Below the pieces are notes generated by a model that made no database searches, was not told where the DNA came from, and saw nothing but the letters and a program-made list of their open reading frames with translations. A stretch of 64,000 bases of DNA, taken from positions 15,112 to 79,111 of the forward strand of contig JACRGD010000007.1 of NCBI GenBank assembly GCA_016212525.1, given 5' to 3'. The translations under genes were made by a program, and so were the position numbers. Source of the stretch: Candidatus Micrarchaeota archaeon (GTDB lineage Archaea > Micrarchaeota > Micrarchaeia > Anstonellales > Bilamarchaeaceae). Each line of letters opens with the position of its first letter. Position 1 is the first letter of the stretch. This document shows, piece by piece, positions 17,649-27,720 of the stretch.

Positions 17649-18236
17649 TTATTTGCTCTTTAGTATGGATTCGGAAAAATCTTCCGATTCAAAAGAATAG
17701 AATTTGAGATCTGAAAGATTGGTTTTCCAATAATTTAAAGGAAGGAGAGCATTTGCACAAAGTCTCGAGAGAAAATCTTCTTTGGAATTAAACTCTTTCC
17801 AAAGTATAGGCATCAGAATTGCAGATTTTTTACCGGATTTAACTAGAAGACCAGTTTTACCGACGCTAATTTTCTTAAGCAGATCTGCAGAAGATGAGAC
17901 CTCAAGCGGAACAAACTTAGTCAAGATAGAGATAGTGATTTTTATTCGATTAAGATCCAATGGAGTTAGTGGTGGAAGAACCGGATCATTAAAGGCAGCC
18001 AAAATCGAACTATGAATTACAGAATCGAGAATGGACCGGTTATCATCCAAATCACCCATAGAACCTGCAACCCGATCATGATTGAAAAGAGTTACGTAAG
18101 TATATCCATTTTGAAGGAGTTTTTTTGGAACAACTTCTGAAGCGTATTTGAGAACATCTCCAGTTCTTAAAATATTTTCCATTGATCTCCTAGAAGCCCT
18201 AAGAAGAAAAACCCGTTCAGATTGAGAAAGAGACAT
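17649..18236 (-). CDS. AMMECR1-like protein
   Basis: 195 aa of AMMECR1-family length and layout; signature RGCIG is degenerate (VAGSMG). Confidence 0.4.
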   Translation of the reverse strand: MSLSQSERVFLLRASRRSMENILRTGDVLKYASEVVPKKLLQNGYTYVTLFNHDRVAGSMGDLDDNRSILDSVIHSSILAAFNDPVLPPLTPLDLNRIKITISILTKFVPLEVSSSADLLKKISVGKTGLLVKSGKKSAILMPILWKEFNSKEDFLSRLCANALLPLNYWKTNLSDLKFYSFESEDFSESILKSK

Positions 18237-18244
18237 AAGAGACC

Positions 18245-18745
18245 TCAGGGAGATACGACCTTGGAAGTGATTCTTCCAGATATAAGATTAGAGTGGGTGG
18301 AACACTGCTCACCCAGTTCAGAAGCACAGATAGAATAGGTCAGATTACCAAAAAATCGCTCGGCTGAACCTGCAACCAAAGTAGAGGGAAATGTAGCAGT
18401 AAATGTCTGATTCGAACCACTCGACATATTTAAAGGAAGCGTACGGGAGTCAGAAGGCATTAAATCAAGCCTGCGCTCGTAGGTACTAGGAAGAACAGAG
18501 AAACTGTTTAAAGAAACCTTATATGGAAATGAATTAAACATCTGAACTGAAAGAACGGCAGTTGTACCATCGGAAACCAAAAGTGCACGGCAGGGCAAAT
18601 TGTTTCCAAAGTTGCATTCTTCGCCAACAATAACGGAGGGAGAAAAGAAGCTGGTGGATAAAAGCAAACTGGTTACCAGGACCAATGCCAGGATTGCCCA
18701 TCCGTAAGTAAACATAAATTCAATTGCAGCCTGGCCCTTTTTCAT
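18245..18745 (-). CDS. archaeal type IV pilin-like protein with class III signal peptide
   Basis: N-terminus MKKGQAAIEFMFTYGWAILALVLV matches the prepilin peptidase (PibD/FlaK) cleavage motif KG|QAA followed by a hydrophobic helix. Confidence 0.6.
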   Translation of the reverse strand: MKKGQAAIEFMFTYGWAILALVLVTSLLLSTSFFSPSVIVGEECNFGNNLPCRALLVSDGTTAVLSVQMFNSFPYKVSLNSFSVLPSTYERRLDLMPSDSRTLPLNMSSGSNQTFTATFPSTLVAGSAERFFGNLTYSICASELGEQCSTHSNLISGRITSKVVSP

Positions 18746-18825
18746 GACTAGCTATGCCGAACTAGCTATTAAATATCTTTCTATGGAATACTCTTGTTAC
18801 AACTGTTTTAAGATTACTTTAAGGA

Positions 18826-19023
18826 GTGAATTTGATGGCAATAGAAACATGTGAATTAACAGGCACCCAGAGCGCAAAGCTTGTAAAGTGCAACTACTGC
18901 TCAAAGAAGATCTGCATGGCAGCAGTAAAAAGCCAGAAGAGAAAGGAAGTTGGAATAAGATACATTTGCAAAACATGCTGGTGCAGCATGGCAAAGAGAG
19001 GCGCATATAAAAGCGCCAAGTAA
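18826..19023 (+). CDS. small zinc-ribbon-like protein
   Basis: 65-aa ORF with CxxxG...CNYC and CKTCWC cysteine pairs; basic C-terminus. Confidence 0.3.
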   Translation: MNLMAIETCELTGTQSAKLVKCNYCSKKICMAAVKSQKRKEVGIRYICKTCWCSMAKRGAYKSAK

Positions 19024-19145
19024 TCTTAAATTAAACTCGATATTCTTTTTATAATTTCTTGATCAGAACTGAGCAAAGGCTAATTTTAGGGGGCATTCAA
19101 AGAGCCCAAACACACTACTATTAAAGTCTAATTCGAAAATAACTA

Positions 19146-20090
19146 ATGGAAGAACTTGATTTTGCCACTGCATTTCCTTTTTCGGAGGGGGCAAAAAAAT
19201 ATATTTCTAATTCTCTCATAAACGAGAAGGTCATAGAGATCGCCATAGAGAGAATAAAACGTGGAATGGCTGGTGAAATTAGAACAACAGCACTATTTTC
19301 CGAAAATGATAAAATCGAGTGGATAGCGTCGTTTGCAACAGCGAGAATGATACTTGGATTTCTAAAGAACTCAAACATAACCAATCGATTCGCAGTAACT
19401 GAATCGAAAATAGCGCGCTCAATGCTCGATAAGATAGATGAAAAGACAGTGGAACGAGTTGGAGAGATATTTGGAATAACCACAATAAACGACGGTAAAA
19501 ACATAATAATTGATATGTGCGCCTTTTTGAAGAACAGTCCCCGATCAATCGATTACAAACTGATAAACAGAAAGCTGACCGGCGGGAGAATGGAAATTAA
19601 GGCCAGCGAAAAGAGAAGACTGATTGAAGAAGCAATAAGAAAACGAATCGAAATCATACCGCTTGTCAAAGACCCACCTCAGGAAATAAAGGCCGCTGCA
19701 AGCAGAATAGATGCACTAGTACCCAAGAGTTCGACAACAGTTGTCATAAAGGTCGATAATCACCCGCCATGCATTGCCAAACTCCTAGAGGGGGCTAAAA
19801 ATCACATAAATCTGAATCATCAGGCAAGATTCTACCTTGCAACATACTTAACCGGAATAAACGTATCTGAGGACGACATAACAAAGATATACTCGGATTT
19901 GCCAGATTTTAACGATAGAATAACAAGATACCAGATAGGTCAGATAAAAAAGAAAGGGTACACCACGCCCTCATGTGCCACAGTCATGACTTATGGCCTT
20001 TGTTGTGCAGTCTGTAAGATAGGAAGTCCGCTAAACTGGCACAAACTATCCAAAGATCGAAAAGAGGAGATAATCAATGGATCAAAATGA
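19146..20090 (+). CDS. priL: DNA primase large subunit PriL
   Basis: 314 aa; C-terminal Fe-S cluster cysteines (PPCIAKL, CATVMTYGLCCAVCK); overlaps priS start. Confidence 0.85.
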   Translation: MEELDFATAFPFSEGAKKYISNSLINEKVIEIAIERIKRGMAGEIRTTALFSENDKIEWIASFATARMILGFLKNSNITNRFAVTESKIARSMLDKIDEKTVERVGEIFGITTINDGKNIIIDMCAFLKNSPRSIDYKLINRKLTGGRMEIKASEKRRLIEEAIRKRIEIIPLVKDPPQEIKAAASRIDALVPKSSTTVVIKVDNHPPCIAKLLEGAKNHINLNHQARFYLATYLTGINVSEDDITKIYSDLPDFNDRITRYQIGQIKKKGYTTPSCATVMTYGLCCAVCKIGSPLNWHKLSKDRKEEIINGSK

Positions 20091-21171
20091 ACGAAAATTT
20101 GCATCCGAGGTATTTTCAGAATATTACAAAGGCGCGAAAATAGAGATACCCAAAATCGAACAGCGAGAGTTCGGCTTTGGGAACATAAAGAAGATAGATG
20201 CAAGACATCTGAGTTTTGGAACTCGGGAAGAATTTAGAAAATACCTGGTAAATAACACGCCCCTGTTCGTTTCGCATTCGGCATCATATTATGAATTTCC
20301 ATCAGGAACGCCGATGGTGAGAAAGGGATTTCTTGGAGCAGACCTGGTTTTCGACCTGGACATTCACGCCGAGGGAAAATATGGTGCATACGAAAAACTC
20401 GAAGCGGTCAAATCAGATGCAGTACGACTCTTGAAAGATTTTATAATGGGCGACTTTGGAGTCAAAAAGGAAAACCTCATAGTCGTCTTTTCGGGAAATC
20501 GGGGATACCACATCCACATAAGAGACGAACGATTTCGAAGTCTAATGGGGGAAGAAAGACGAGAGCTGGTGGATTATGTAATGGGAAATGGACTTAACTA
20601 TCGTGAGTTTTTTAGTCTTAGTGATACTAAACCGCAAAGACTACTTGGACCAACTCCATCAGAAGGCGGATATCGGGGCAGATTCGCAAAAGAGACAATA
20701 CGGGCAGTCCGGGAAAAACCATCAACGATCTCAAAAACACTAAAGGAAGATAAACTCGAATTTTTCATAAAAGGAATAGAGGAGGGAAACTGGAGCAGAA
20801 CCTCCATTGCATACGAAGATGTAATAAAGAGGCTCGGCGCAATCGCACAAACTCTGCCAGTTAGTAGCGTTGACACGGATGCCGGAGTAACCCAGGATCT
20901 AAGTAAACTTATCCGGGTACCCAACAGTATACATGGAGAAACTGGATTCATAGCACGAGTCATAGACATAGCAAATCTCGAAAATTTCGATCCTTTTAAC
21001 GATGCACTGGTAAATGATAAAAAAAGTATCAAGATCGAATTTTTAGAGGATGTACCAGAATTGAGATTTAGAAAAGAGACAGTTGGAAAGTTCAAAAAAG
21101 GAGACATTGCCGAATTTGAGACTCCGATTTCCATGTTTTATCTGTTAAAATCAAGCGCAAAGATGAGATAG
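20077..21171 (+). CDS. priS: DNA primase small catalytic subunit PriS
   Basis: 364 aa; catalytic DLVFDLDIH and FSGNRGYHIHI motifs of the archaeo-eukaryotic primase fold. Confidence 0.9.
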   Translation: MDQNERKFASEVFSEYYKGAKIEIPKIEQREFGFGNIKKIDARHLSFGTREEFRKYLVNNTPLFVSHSASYYEFPSGTPMVRKGFLGADLVFDLDIHAEGKYGAYEKLEAVKSDAVRLLKDFIMGDFGVKKENLIVVFSGNRGYHIHIRDERFRSLMGEERRELVDYVMGNGLNYREFFSLSDTKPQRLLGPTPSEGGYRGRFAKETIRAVREKPSTISKTLKEDKLEFFIKGIEEGNWSRTSIAYEDVIKRLGAIAQTLPVSSVDTDAGVTQDLSKLIRVPNSIHGETGFIARVIDIANLENFDPFNDALVNDKKSIKIEFLEDVPELRFRKETVGKFKKGDIAEFETPISMFYLLKSSAKMR

Positions 21172-21254
21172 ATCAAGAATAGCGCACAGAAGCAGAACCC
21201 GAAACAGATAATAAAATAAGAAAATAACAAGAAAAGAGAATTAAAAACTAGAAA

Positions 21255-21647
21255 TTATTTTGATTGGGCCTTACCGATCTGAATTCTTGGAGGAATTAGA
21301 GGAGCAGTAAGTCCAACTACACGAGCAAGAAGAGTACCATTTGCACTTCCGCTGTAATTAACTGCACTCAATATGACTTCTGCATAAGAGTCAGGAACTT
21401 TTTTGCTTTTCTTCCAAGTATCAATAATTTCTTTGGAAAGCTTTGCATCTTCCTTAGCAAGAAGAACGCCAGTTATTTTTAGTTCCCCGGCTGCTTCTTC
21501 GTAAGTAGCATGATAAGAGTATTTTATCTCTAATTCTTCCCCAGACATCGTTATGTCTTCAAGAGCAATATTAATACTTAGACCAGCAATAGGTAGTTTG
21601 TAGTCTCGTTTTCCACTAACTTCTAAGATTCTTTCGCCAACAATCAT
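21255..21647 (-). CDS. hypothetical protein
   Basis: 130-aa ORF; no recognisable motif. Confidence 0.4.
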   Translation of the reverse strand: MIVGERILEVSGKRDYKLPIAGLSINIALEDITMSGEELEIKYSYHATYEEAAGELKITGVLLAKEDAKLSKEIIDTWKKSKKVPDSYAEVILSAVNYSGSANGTLLARVVGLTAPLIPPRIQIGKAQSK

Positions 21648-21773
21648 TTTATCTCCTCTTATTTTTAGTAAGTAGAGTTAGACAAGAAGGTATTAAAAAT
21701 AATAACAGAAACCACAGAAGAGATATAAAGTAAAATATAGTGGAACCACTACCAAAACAGAATGAACAAAGAG

Positions 21774-21848
21774 TAGCGGGGAGTAGATTTGAACTACCGG
21801 TCTCTGGGTTATGAGCCCAGCGGGAACTCCAAGCTTCCCTACCCCGCT
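21774..21848 (-). tRNA. initiator tRNA-Met (anticodon CAU)
   Basis: A1:U72 pair (AGCGGGG/CCCCGCT), anticodon stem CTGGG/CCCAG with three G:C pairs next to loop CTCATAA, T-arm GGTAG-TTCAAAT-CTACT; these are hallmarks of archaeal initiator tRNA. Confidence 0.85.
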
Positions 21849-21988
21849 ATCAAAATTGGAATTTAGTTAACACTAGCTGATTTTCATAAGCTTAGTAAAC
21901 AGTATTTTGGGCTAAATGTTTATAATCCGAGTACATTACAACAATGGCAGGAAATTTAATAGACGGAAATAAACCAGAGAAAAGGAGG

Positions 21989-22570
21989 TCAGAGTTCTTT
22001 ATCTTTTCCTAGAGCAACCCTCTGGGCAATTTTTCTTACTGCCTCACGTTCGGCATCTCCAATCACACTTTCCGTGTCGGTTCTGAATTTGGCATTATGG
22101 TAATAGTAACCGGCAATGAACATAATCATCGCAAGACAAACCAGCACGAAAGGCATGCCAATAGTAAATAAAGGCAGTATGAACGTGAGAAGATCATTTC
22201 TTATACCAAAAATCTGGCTGGGAGTATCAAGACCACAAGCTGCAAGCTTTTGAGAGTCAGAAGATGCAAGAAAATCAAGAGTACCAAGTAGAACTTTTTG
22301 AGAATAGGCAAATACCACATAAGAACACGAGAGAATAATTAGAACTCCAAGAACAGTGAAAAAATAGCTAACCCAGCCTTCCTTTTTCATAAAACCACAC
22401 AGAGATATTAAAGAGTAGCTAAAATAAATATTAGCTAGGCAAGATATCAGATATAAAAACAAGAAAGGACGTGAAAATATGGCCGGAGCACAGATAGAAA
22501 GAAGAGGAAGAGAACAGGAACCTGAGCCAGACAATCTGGCCATGAGAATGGTACCAGTAAAGAATGTCAT
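21989..22570 (-). CDS. membrane protein
   Basis: 193 aa with about 5 TM helices. Confidence 0.45.
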   Translation of the reverse strand: MTFFTGTILMARLSGSGSCSLPLLSICAPAIFSRPFLFLYLISCLANIYFSYSLISLCGFMKKEGWVSYFFTVLGVLIILSCSYVVFAYSQKVLLGTLDFLASSDSQKLAACGLDTPSQIFGIRNDLLTFILPLFTIGMPFVLVCLAMIMFIAGYYYHNAKFRTDTESVIGDAEREAVRKIAQRVALGKDKEL

Positions 22571-22680
22571 GGCTGCAAATTATGATAGACAAACAGTTCA
22601 GGCAGTTTCAGTGGCAAGCGCAGCTTATGATCAGCTAACTCAAAGTCCTGCAGTAAGAAGGGCAATGTCAGGAAGCGGAC

Positions 22681-22941
22681 TTGAAAGAATATTTGGGTGA
22701 AAGCATGAAAACACAAGCAGAACTACTTAAAATCTTTAGAGATTGTAAAGTCCAATACGCAAAGGACAAGACGCAGAACACATATAGTGTAAAAATAATG
22801 CTTAGCAACAAACCTCAGATAGTAACTGTAAGAGTAGGCGAGAAATTCACAGAATTATCACTCGCAGACCAAGACGGAAATGTTCTGGAAATTTTACGAC
22901 AGGAAGAGAAGAAAGGAGTTACATTCACTAAAGTTGCATAA
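22681..22941 (+). CDS. hypothetical protein
   Basis: 86-aa ORF upstream of rpiA. Confidence 0.35.
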   Translation: MKEYLGESMKTQAELLKIFRDCKVQYAKDKTQNTYSVKIMLSNKPQIVTVRVGEKFTELSLADQDGNVLEILRQEEKKGVTFTKVA

Positions 22942-22979
22942 GACCAGACAACATGGGAAAAATAGATGCGGTGTAAGAT

Positions 22980-23645
22980 ATGGATCAGGAAGGTTCTTCG
23001 AAAATAAACGCAGCAAAGGGTGCCCTTGAATATGTAAAAGATGGTATGTGCGTAGGCCTTGGAAGCGGCAGCACAGCCAAAGAATTCATCAGACTCCTTA
23101 GTAAAAAGGTTCGCAGCGACAGATTAGATATTTCCTGTGTAACCAGCTCATTTGATTCTCGAATGCTCGCAATAAAAGAAGGACTATTTGTTACAGAAAC
23201 AGATGCGATTGAGAGGATTGATCTGACAGTAGATGGCGCAGACACAGTAACCAAAACAGCACTTCTAAAAGGAGGAGGCGGGGCACTGACACGGGAGAAG
23301 ATAATCGCATATAATTCCAAGAAGTTTATAGTTATAGTTGATGAAACCAAAATCTGCAGAGGGACATTACAAGGAGAAGTCAATATCGAAGTCCTGCCTT
23401 TTGCAGCACCTCTGGTAATGAAAGAGCTTATCAAATATCAACCCAGCATAAGAATGGCCAGGGCTAAACTGGGCCCCGTAATAAGTGATAACGGATGTTT
23501 CATTCTAGACTGCCAGATGAAGCTTGAGAACCCCAAGAACATGGAGAATTGGCTAAAGAGCATACCTGGAGTCATCGAAAACGGAATATTTACGAAATTT
23601 GATAAAATAATTATCGGGAATGAAAAGGGATATCGCACATTCTAA
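22980..23645 (+). CDS. rpiA: ribose-5-phosphate isomerase A
   Basis: 221 aa; GLGSGSTA, DGADTV and KGGGGAL motifs of RpiA. Confidence 0.9.
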   Translation: MDQEGSSKINAAKGALEYVKDGMCVGLGSGSTAKEFIRLLSKKVRSDRLDISCVTSSFDSRMLAIKEGLFVTETDAIERIDLTVDGADTVTKTALLKGGGGALTREKIIAYNSKKFIVIVDETKICRGTLQGEVNIEVLPFAAPLVMKELIKYQPSIRMARAKLGPVISDNGCFILDCQMKLENPKNMENWLKSIPGVIENGIFTKFDKIIIGNEKGYRTF

Positions 23646-23663
23646 AACAAAAAGGAATCAAAA

Positions 23664-24143
23664 ATGATCAAAATAAGTGAGCAGATCAAAAAGGAGTTAA
23701 AAAAACCCTTAGGCAGACTGGTTCAGATCCAAGACATAATTAGAATGAACAACAAGGGCCTCAAGATCATAACAATAGGAGACGTATGTACAATAGAGCT
23801 ATTAAAACATGGAATCCTACCCACACTGGCAGTGTTCGATTACAAAACCAAAAGGACCCAAATAGATCAGAAAGACGAGGAAATTTTGAGGATGAGTTTT
23901 GGCAAAGTGATGAAAATCAAAAACCCTCCCGGAATGATAAATAAACAAATAATAAAAGACGCTCGCAAGCTCATCGAAAATGGAGGCGCGATACAAATTG
24001 ATGGGGAGGAAGATCTCACAGCATTACCTTTGATACTCAATCTTGAAAACGAAGTGCTTGTTTATGGTCAGCCCAACGTAGGAATGGTGGCAGTAGAAAA
24101 AGACGAAAAACTCAATAGAAAGATAGAAAAATGGCTAAAATAA
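23664..24143 (+). CDS. DUF359-family protein (archaeal GTP-dependent dephospho-CoA kinase family)
   Basis: 159 aa; IGDVCT...GILPTLAVFDYKTKR matches the conserved core of DUF359. Confidence 0.6.
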   Translation: MIKISEQIKKELKKPLGRLVQIQDIIRMNNKGLKIITIGDVCTIELLKHGILPTLAVFDYKTKRTQIDQKDEEILRMSFGKVMKIKNPPGMINKQIIKDARKLIENGGAIQIDGEEDLTALPLILNLENEVLVYGQPNVGMVAVEKDEKLNRKIEKWLK

Positions 24144-24184
24144 GAGATGATGAACAATAAATAAAGAAAATAAATAAAGAGAGA

Positions 24185-24379
24185 TTATGAGTTGCTTTTT
24201 GTTATCGCGCTTAAGGAAACAAAGAGCGAGAGCGTAATGAGAATTCCGATTCCAAGCCTGATCATATCAGAAAGACCTGGAATCAAAGAAGTTCCAAGAA
24301 GCGTAACTCCTGCACCAAGAGCAGCAGACACTATAAATAAACCAACGTTCTTTGCAGTACTTCCCATGAAATTATGCAC
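24185..24379 (-). CDS. small membrane protein
   Basis: 64 aa, two hydrophobic helices. Confidence 0.3.
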   Translation of the reverse strand: MHNFMGSTAKNVGLFIVSAALGAGVTLLGTSLIPGLSDMIRLGIGILITLSLFVSLSAITKSNS

Positions 24380-24626
24380 CAGTAGTTGGAGTTGTAGTCT
24401 TTGAAACGACTATTACGTCTCCAACAGAGCGGACATTTTCATATTTGATACTCTTTTGTCGCAATGCATCGCGTGCAGCATCTTTTGCATTCGGTAGAGG
24501 AACCAAGAGAATTCTTGCAACGTTACCCGTTTCCAAATCCAAGATAAAATCTTCTGCCTTGCCTACAAAGAGACCAGAGTCAGTGAAGATTTCCATGTCG
24601 TAGAGCTTCGATAGTTTTGTTGCCAT
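24372..24626 (-). CDS. PRC-barrel domain protein
   Basis: 84 aa; YDMEIFTDSGLFVGKAEDFILD matches PRC-barrel topology. Confidence 0.55.
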   Translation of the reverse strand: MATKLSKLYDMEIFTDSGLFVGKAEDFILDLETGNVARILLVPLPNAKDAARDALRQKSIKYENVRSVGDVIVVSKTTTPTTGA

Positions 24627-24688
24627 ATAAAGTCACCTGCCCAAGTATTGCAAACAGAATTAAAAAACCTTTCTCTTACGGCTAAAGC

Positions 24689-25351
24689 ATGGATCGTGCA
24701 ACTGCAGTATATCTTGCATATGTCGGATTTTTTGTCATTCTTATGGGAATCATATTCGCAATCCCGTATCTTGCATTTAATAACGATGTGAATTCTGCAT
24801 ATAATGCATTCTCATATGCGTGTCATCAGAAAATTTCCCGGTCCCAATGCATTTTCCAATATAGTCAAATCGAAAGAGGAACATTGCTTGGATACTCGCT
24901 TGAAGACTGCACTAGCCAGGAAGGTAAATTTATAGAGAGTCAAAGTGATCGAACTCAAATCAAAATTGTCATGAGTGATGGAATCGGGACAAAAATAGGA
25001 TATAAATTACCAGTCTGCGCGCGAGACATCGGGATCTACGGAGGCATGCTAATTGGAGCGATAGTATATCTTGGAGTTAGGAAAATAAAGAACGAGAAAC
25101 TATGGCCTCCGATATTTCTAGTCTTGTCTATGGTACCCATGGGAATCGATGGCACGACGCAATTGATTTCGGAATTAGGACTTTTGCCCTTTGTTTATGA
25201 GAGTACCAACATGATAAGACTCGCAACCGGACTTATAGCAGGAATAATCGCATCATTTTATGCCATTCCAATATTAGTTGGAGCTGTTTCTGAATCAAGA
25301 GAGAACAAAAAAATGGCGACTAATGCCTCGGAAAAGACTAAAAAACAGTAA
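24689..25351 (+). CDS. membrane protein (DUF2085-like)
   Basis: 220 aa; 4-5 TM helices with Cys pairs in the first loop. Confidence 0.45.
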   Translation: MDRATAVYLAYVGFFVILMGIIFAIPYLAFNNDVNSAYNAFSYACHQKISRSQCIFQYSQIERGTLLGYSLEDCTSQEGKFIESQSDRTQIKIVMSDGIGTKIGYKLPVCARDIGIYGGMLIGAIVYLGVRKIKNEKLWPPIFLVLSMVPMGIDGTTQLISELGLLPFVYESTNMIRLATGLIAGIIASFYAIPILVGAVSESRENKKMATNASEKTKKQ

Positions 25352-25369
25352 ATTGAAGCAAAAAAGAAT

Positions 25370-26626
25370 TTAAAAATCGTCCAGACTTTTTTGTTTTTTA
25401 TCTACGGATTTTTTAGTTGCCGAGCCTGACGAATCGGAAAGAATCAGCTCTCCAAAAACACCATCATAACCTGGAACCCATTTTACATCCCCAGTTTTTA
25501 CCCGTAAAATAGAGTCGGCAATACTTGCAGAAGTCGCCAAACGAATCTTTTCTGCGTCCGATTCAAAGACAGCAAATTCGTTGCCAAAATAGCGAACCAG
25601 CTTATCATACTCCTCTTTCACGAATCTGGAGGTATCGGGTTTTTTGAGAGTCTTTGAAATGACAGTAGTTAGTGGCACAATACTCTGAAAAGGAACTGCG
25701 TCCTTGGGTTTATATCCGAATTTGCGATCGGCCAGATCAAAGACGCGGTGCATCACACCCACAGTAAGTTTCTTTTTGCAAACAGGACACATGTTTTTCT
25801 TTTGGGCTGCCTCCCAAGGAGTCATAAGAACATTGCATTTTCGATGACCATCGTAGTGATATTTTCCCTCTTCTGGATAGAATTCGTAGGTCTTTGTGAA
25901 TCCTTTTCTTGTCTTAAGTGCATCAACAATGTTTTTGAAAGTAGGCCGCTCAAGATCAAATACATTTGCCTCCCGACCCAGTTTCTCGAGACTGTGTGCA
26001 TCGCTATTTGAGACGAGAGTTATTCGATCGAGTTTGCTAAGCATCCAGTTCATTGCCGGATCACTGCTTAGACCCGTTTCCATACAAAAGATTTTGTCGG
26101 CCTTATCCTCAAACGCTTCCTCGATTGAATTAACTCCTCCGATCGATCCGAAAACGGAAAACCAGGGAGTCCAGGCGTGCGCAGGCATTATGACAATATC
26201 AGGTGAAATGGAGAACATTTCCTCTGCAAATGCAACACTTGAGATCTTGAGCATGGGCCGACCGTCTTCTTCTAGTTTACCATATTTTGCAAGCCGATCA
26301 TTTACCTGGGCGGCAATTTCGATGGATGGAACAAGAAGAATGTGATGCATTCGCTTTAGTTTTCCTTCAGAGTTATGGTAAATCACGCAAATTTCAGTCG
26401 AGAGAATGTACCGAATTCCCTTGTACGGGAATAGTCCTTCAGCATCAGCACCATCACCAAGAAGAGATTTTATCTCCGCAAAATAGGCAGGGTGAGTAAA
26501 GTCTCCAGTCGCCATTACATCGATTCCTTTTATCTTTGCACCTTCGGCAAGGCCTTCAATATCATTTCTGGGACTGGTAGCCCTTGCATATTTTGAATGA
26601 ACATGAAAATCAGCAACAATTCGCAT
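25370..26626 (-). CDS. PHP-domain phosphoesterase with C-terminal zinc ribbon
   Basis: 418 aa; N-terminal DFHVHS metal motif of the PHP fold; CPVCKKK zinc ribbon. Confidence 0.65.
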   Translation of the reverse strand: MRIVADFHVHSKYARATSPRNDIEGLAEGAKIKGIDVMATGDFTHPAYFAEIKSLLGDGADAEGLFPYKGIRYILSTEICVIYHNSEGKLKRMHHILLVPSIEIAAQVNDRLAKYGKLEEDGRPMLKISSVAFAEEMFSISPDIVIMPAHAWTPWFSVFGSIGGVNSIEEAFEDKADKIFCMETGLSSDPAMNWMLSKLDRITLVSNSDAHSLEKLGREANVFDLERPTFKNIVDALKTRKGFTKTYEFYPEEGKYHYDGHRKCNVLMTPWEAAQKKNMCPVCKKKLTVGVMHRVFDLADRKFGYKPKDAVPFQSIVPLTTVISKTLKKPDTSRFVKEEYDKLVRYFGNEFAVFESDAEKIRLATSASIADSILRVKTGDVKWVPGYDGVFGELILSDSSGSATKKSVDKKQKSLDDF

Positions 26627-26739
26627 AAATAGGAAAATCGGAAATAGATATTAAGCAGGTTTCGGTTCGAGAAAGACCAGCAGACAAGGAAACTTTAACA
26701 CTGCATAGAAATAAAAAAGTGAAACTGGAGATCTGAGCC

Positions 26740-27672
26740 ATGAAACCAAAGATCATTTTGATCCTTATTGCAATGCTGTTCGCATTCTCTTATGTTTTTG
26801 CAGAAGTTCCAATGCACAATCCGGATCTGGATAAGAACTGTCCGTCTGGGTTTCAATGGAGCAGAGATACGGCATCATGCAAACAGGCAGACTGCCCAGC
26901 AGGAGCTGGAAGAACTTACACAGATGATTGCAACTGTGGTGAAGCCTGGAGCAGACCATTTAGAACGTGCTATGACTCAAAGACACCTGGACTGGCAACT
27001 AGCTGCGTAGCAGCAGGTCAGAAATGTCCTGGAGAGAAGTCCACAACACAAGCGCCAACGCAGAAAGACCAGAATTACGCTGCCTCGATCGTAAGCTTTA
27101 GTGGAGATGTAGAGTACAGCAGCGATGGAGGAGTAACATTTGCACCACTTACACAAGACGTAAAACTAAAAAAAGGGGATTACATATCAACAGGATTTGA
27201 TAGCAGAGCGACAATGGATTTTGGATATGCCAAATTGGACGTCTATCAACTAACCCAGTTTAGAATTGATGATTTCACTTCGGAGCAGAACATAAACAAA
27301 ACACAACTATATCTTCGGATCGGGGCAGTACAGCCAAGAAACCTCTCACATACAGCGGCGATAAGAAGCGATTTTTCAGTAGTAACACCAACTGCAATTT
27401 CAAGTATCAGAGGGAGTGCGATGAAGGTTGAGTACGACAATCAAACAAGCCAGACCAGAGTAACAGTTATCGAAGATGAGGCATTTGTCAAAGGAAACAA
27501 TGATCAAAATGAAATGACCCTGAGTCAGGGCGAAGTTGCGCTAATAAGCTCGGATGGAAGAGCAAAACTCAGGCCGGGAGACAGAGTTGAACCCTCCGCA
27601 CCACCGTGTTGCGCTTCGCTTATAGTCCCATCAGCCATTATAGGCATACTGTTGCTAAGAAAAAAGTATTGA
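26740..27672 (+). CDS. secreted Cys-containing protein with C-terminal membrane anchor
   Basis: N-terminal signal peptide; C-terminus PSAPPCCASLIVPSAIIGILLLRKKY has a TM helix plus basic tail like archaeal C-terminal sorting signals. Confidence 0.55.
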   Translation: MKPKIILILIAMLFAFSYVFAEVPMHNPDLDKNCPSGFQWSRDTASCKQADCPAGAGRTYTDDCNCGEAWSRPFRTCYDSKTPGLATSCVAAGQKCPGEKSTTQAPTQKDQNYAASIVSFSGDVEYSSDGGVTFAPLTQDVKLKKGDYISTGFDSRATMDFGYAKLDVYQLTQFRIDDFTSEQNINKTQLYLRIGAVQPRNLSHTAAIRSDFSVVTPTAISSIRGSAMKVEYDNQTSQTRVTVIEDEAFVKGNNDQNEMTLSQGEVALISSDGRAKLRPGDRVEPSAPPCCASLIVPSAIIGILLLRKKY

Positions 27673-27720
27673 GGATATAAATACTTTTGAGCAACAAATA
27701 TTAAGTTCTGAGGTTTTACA

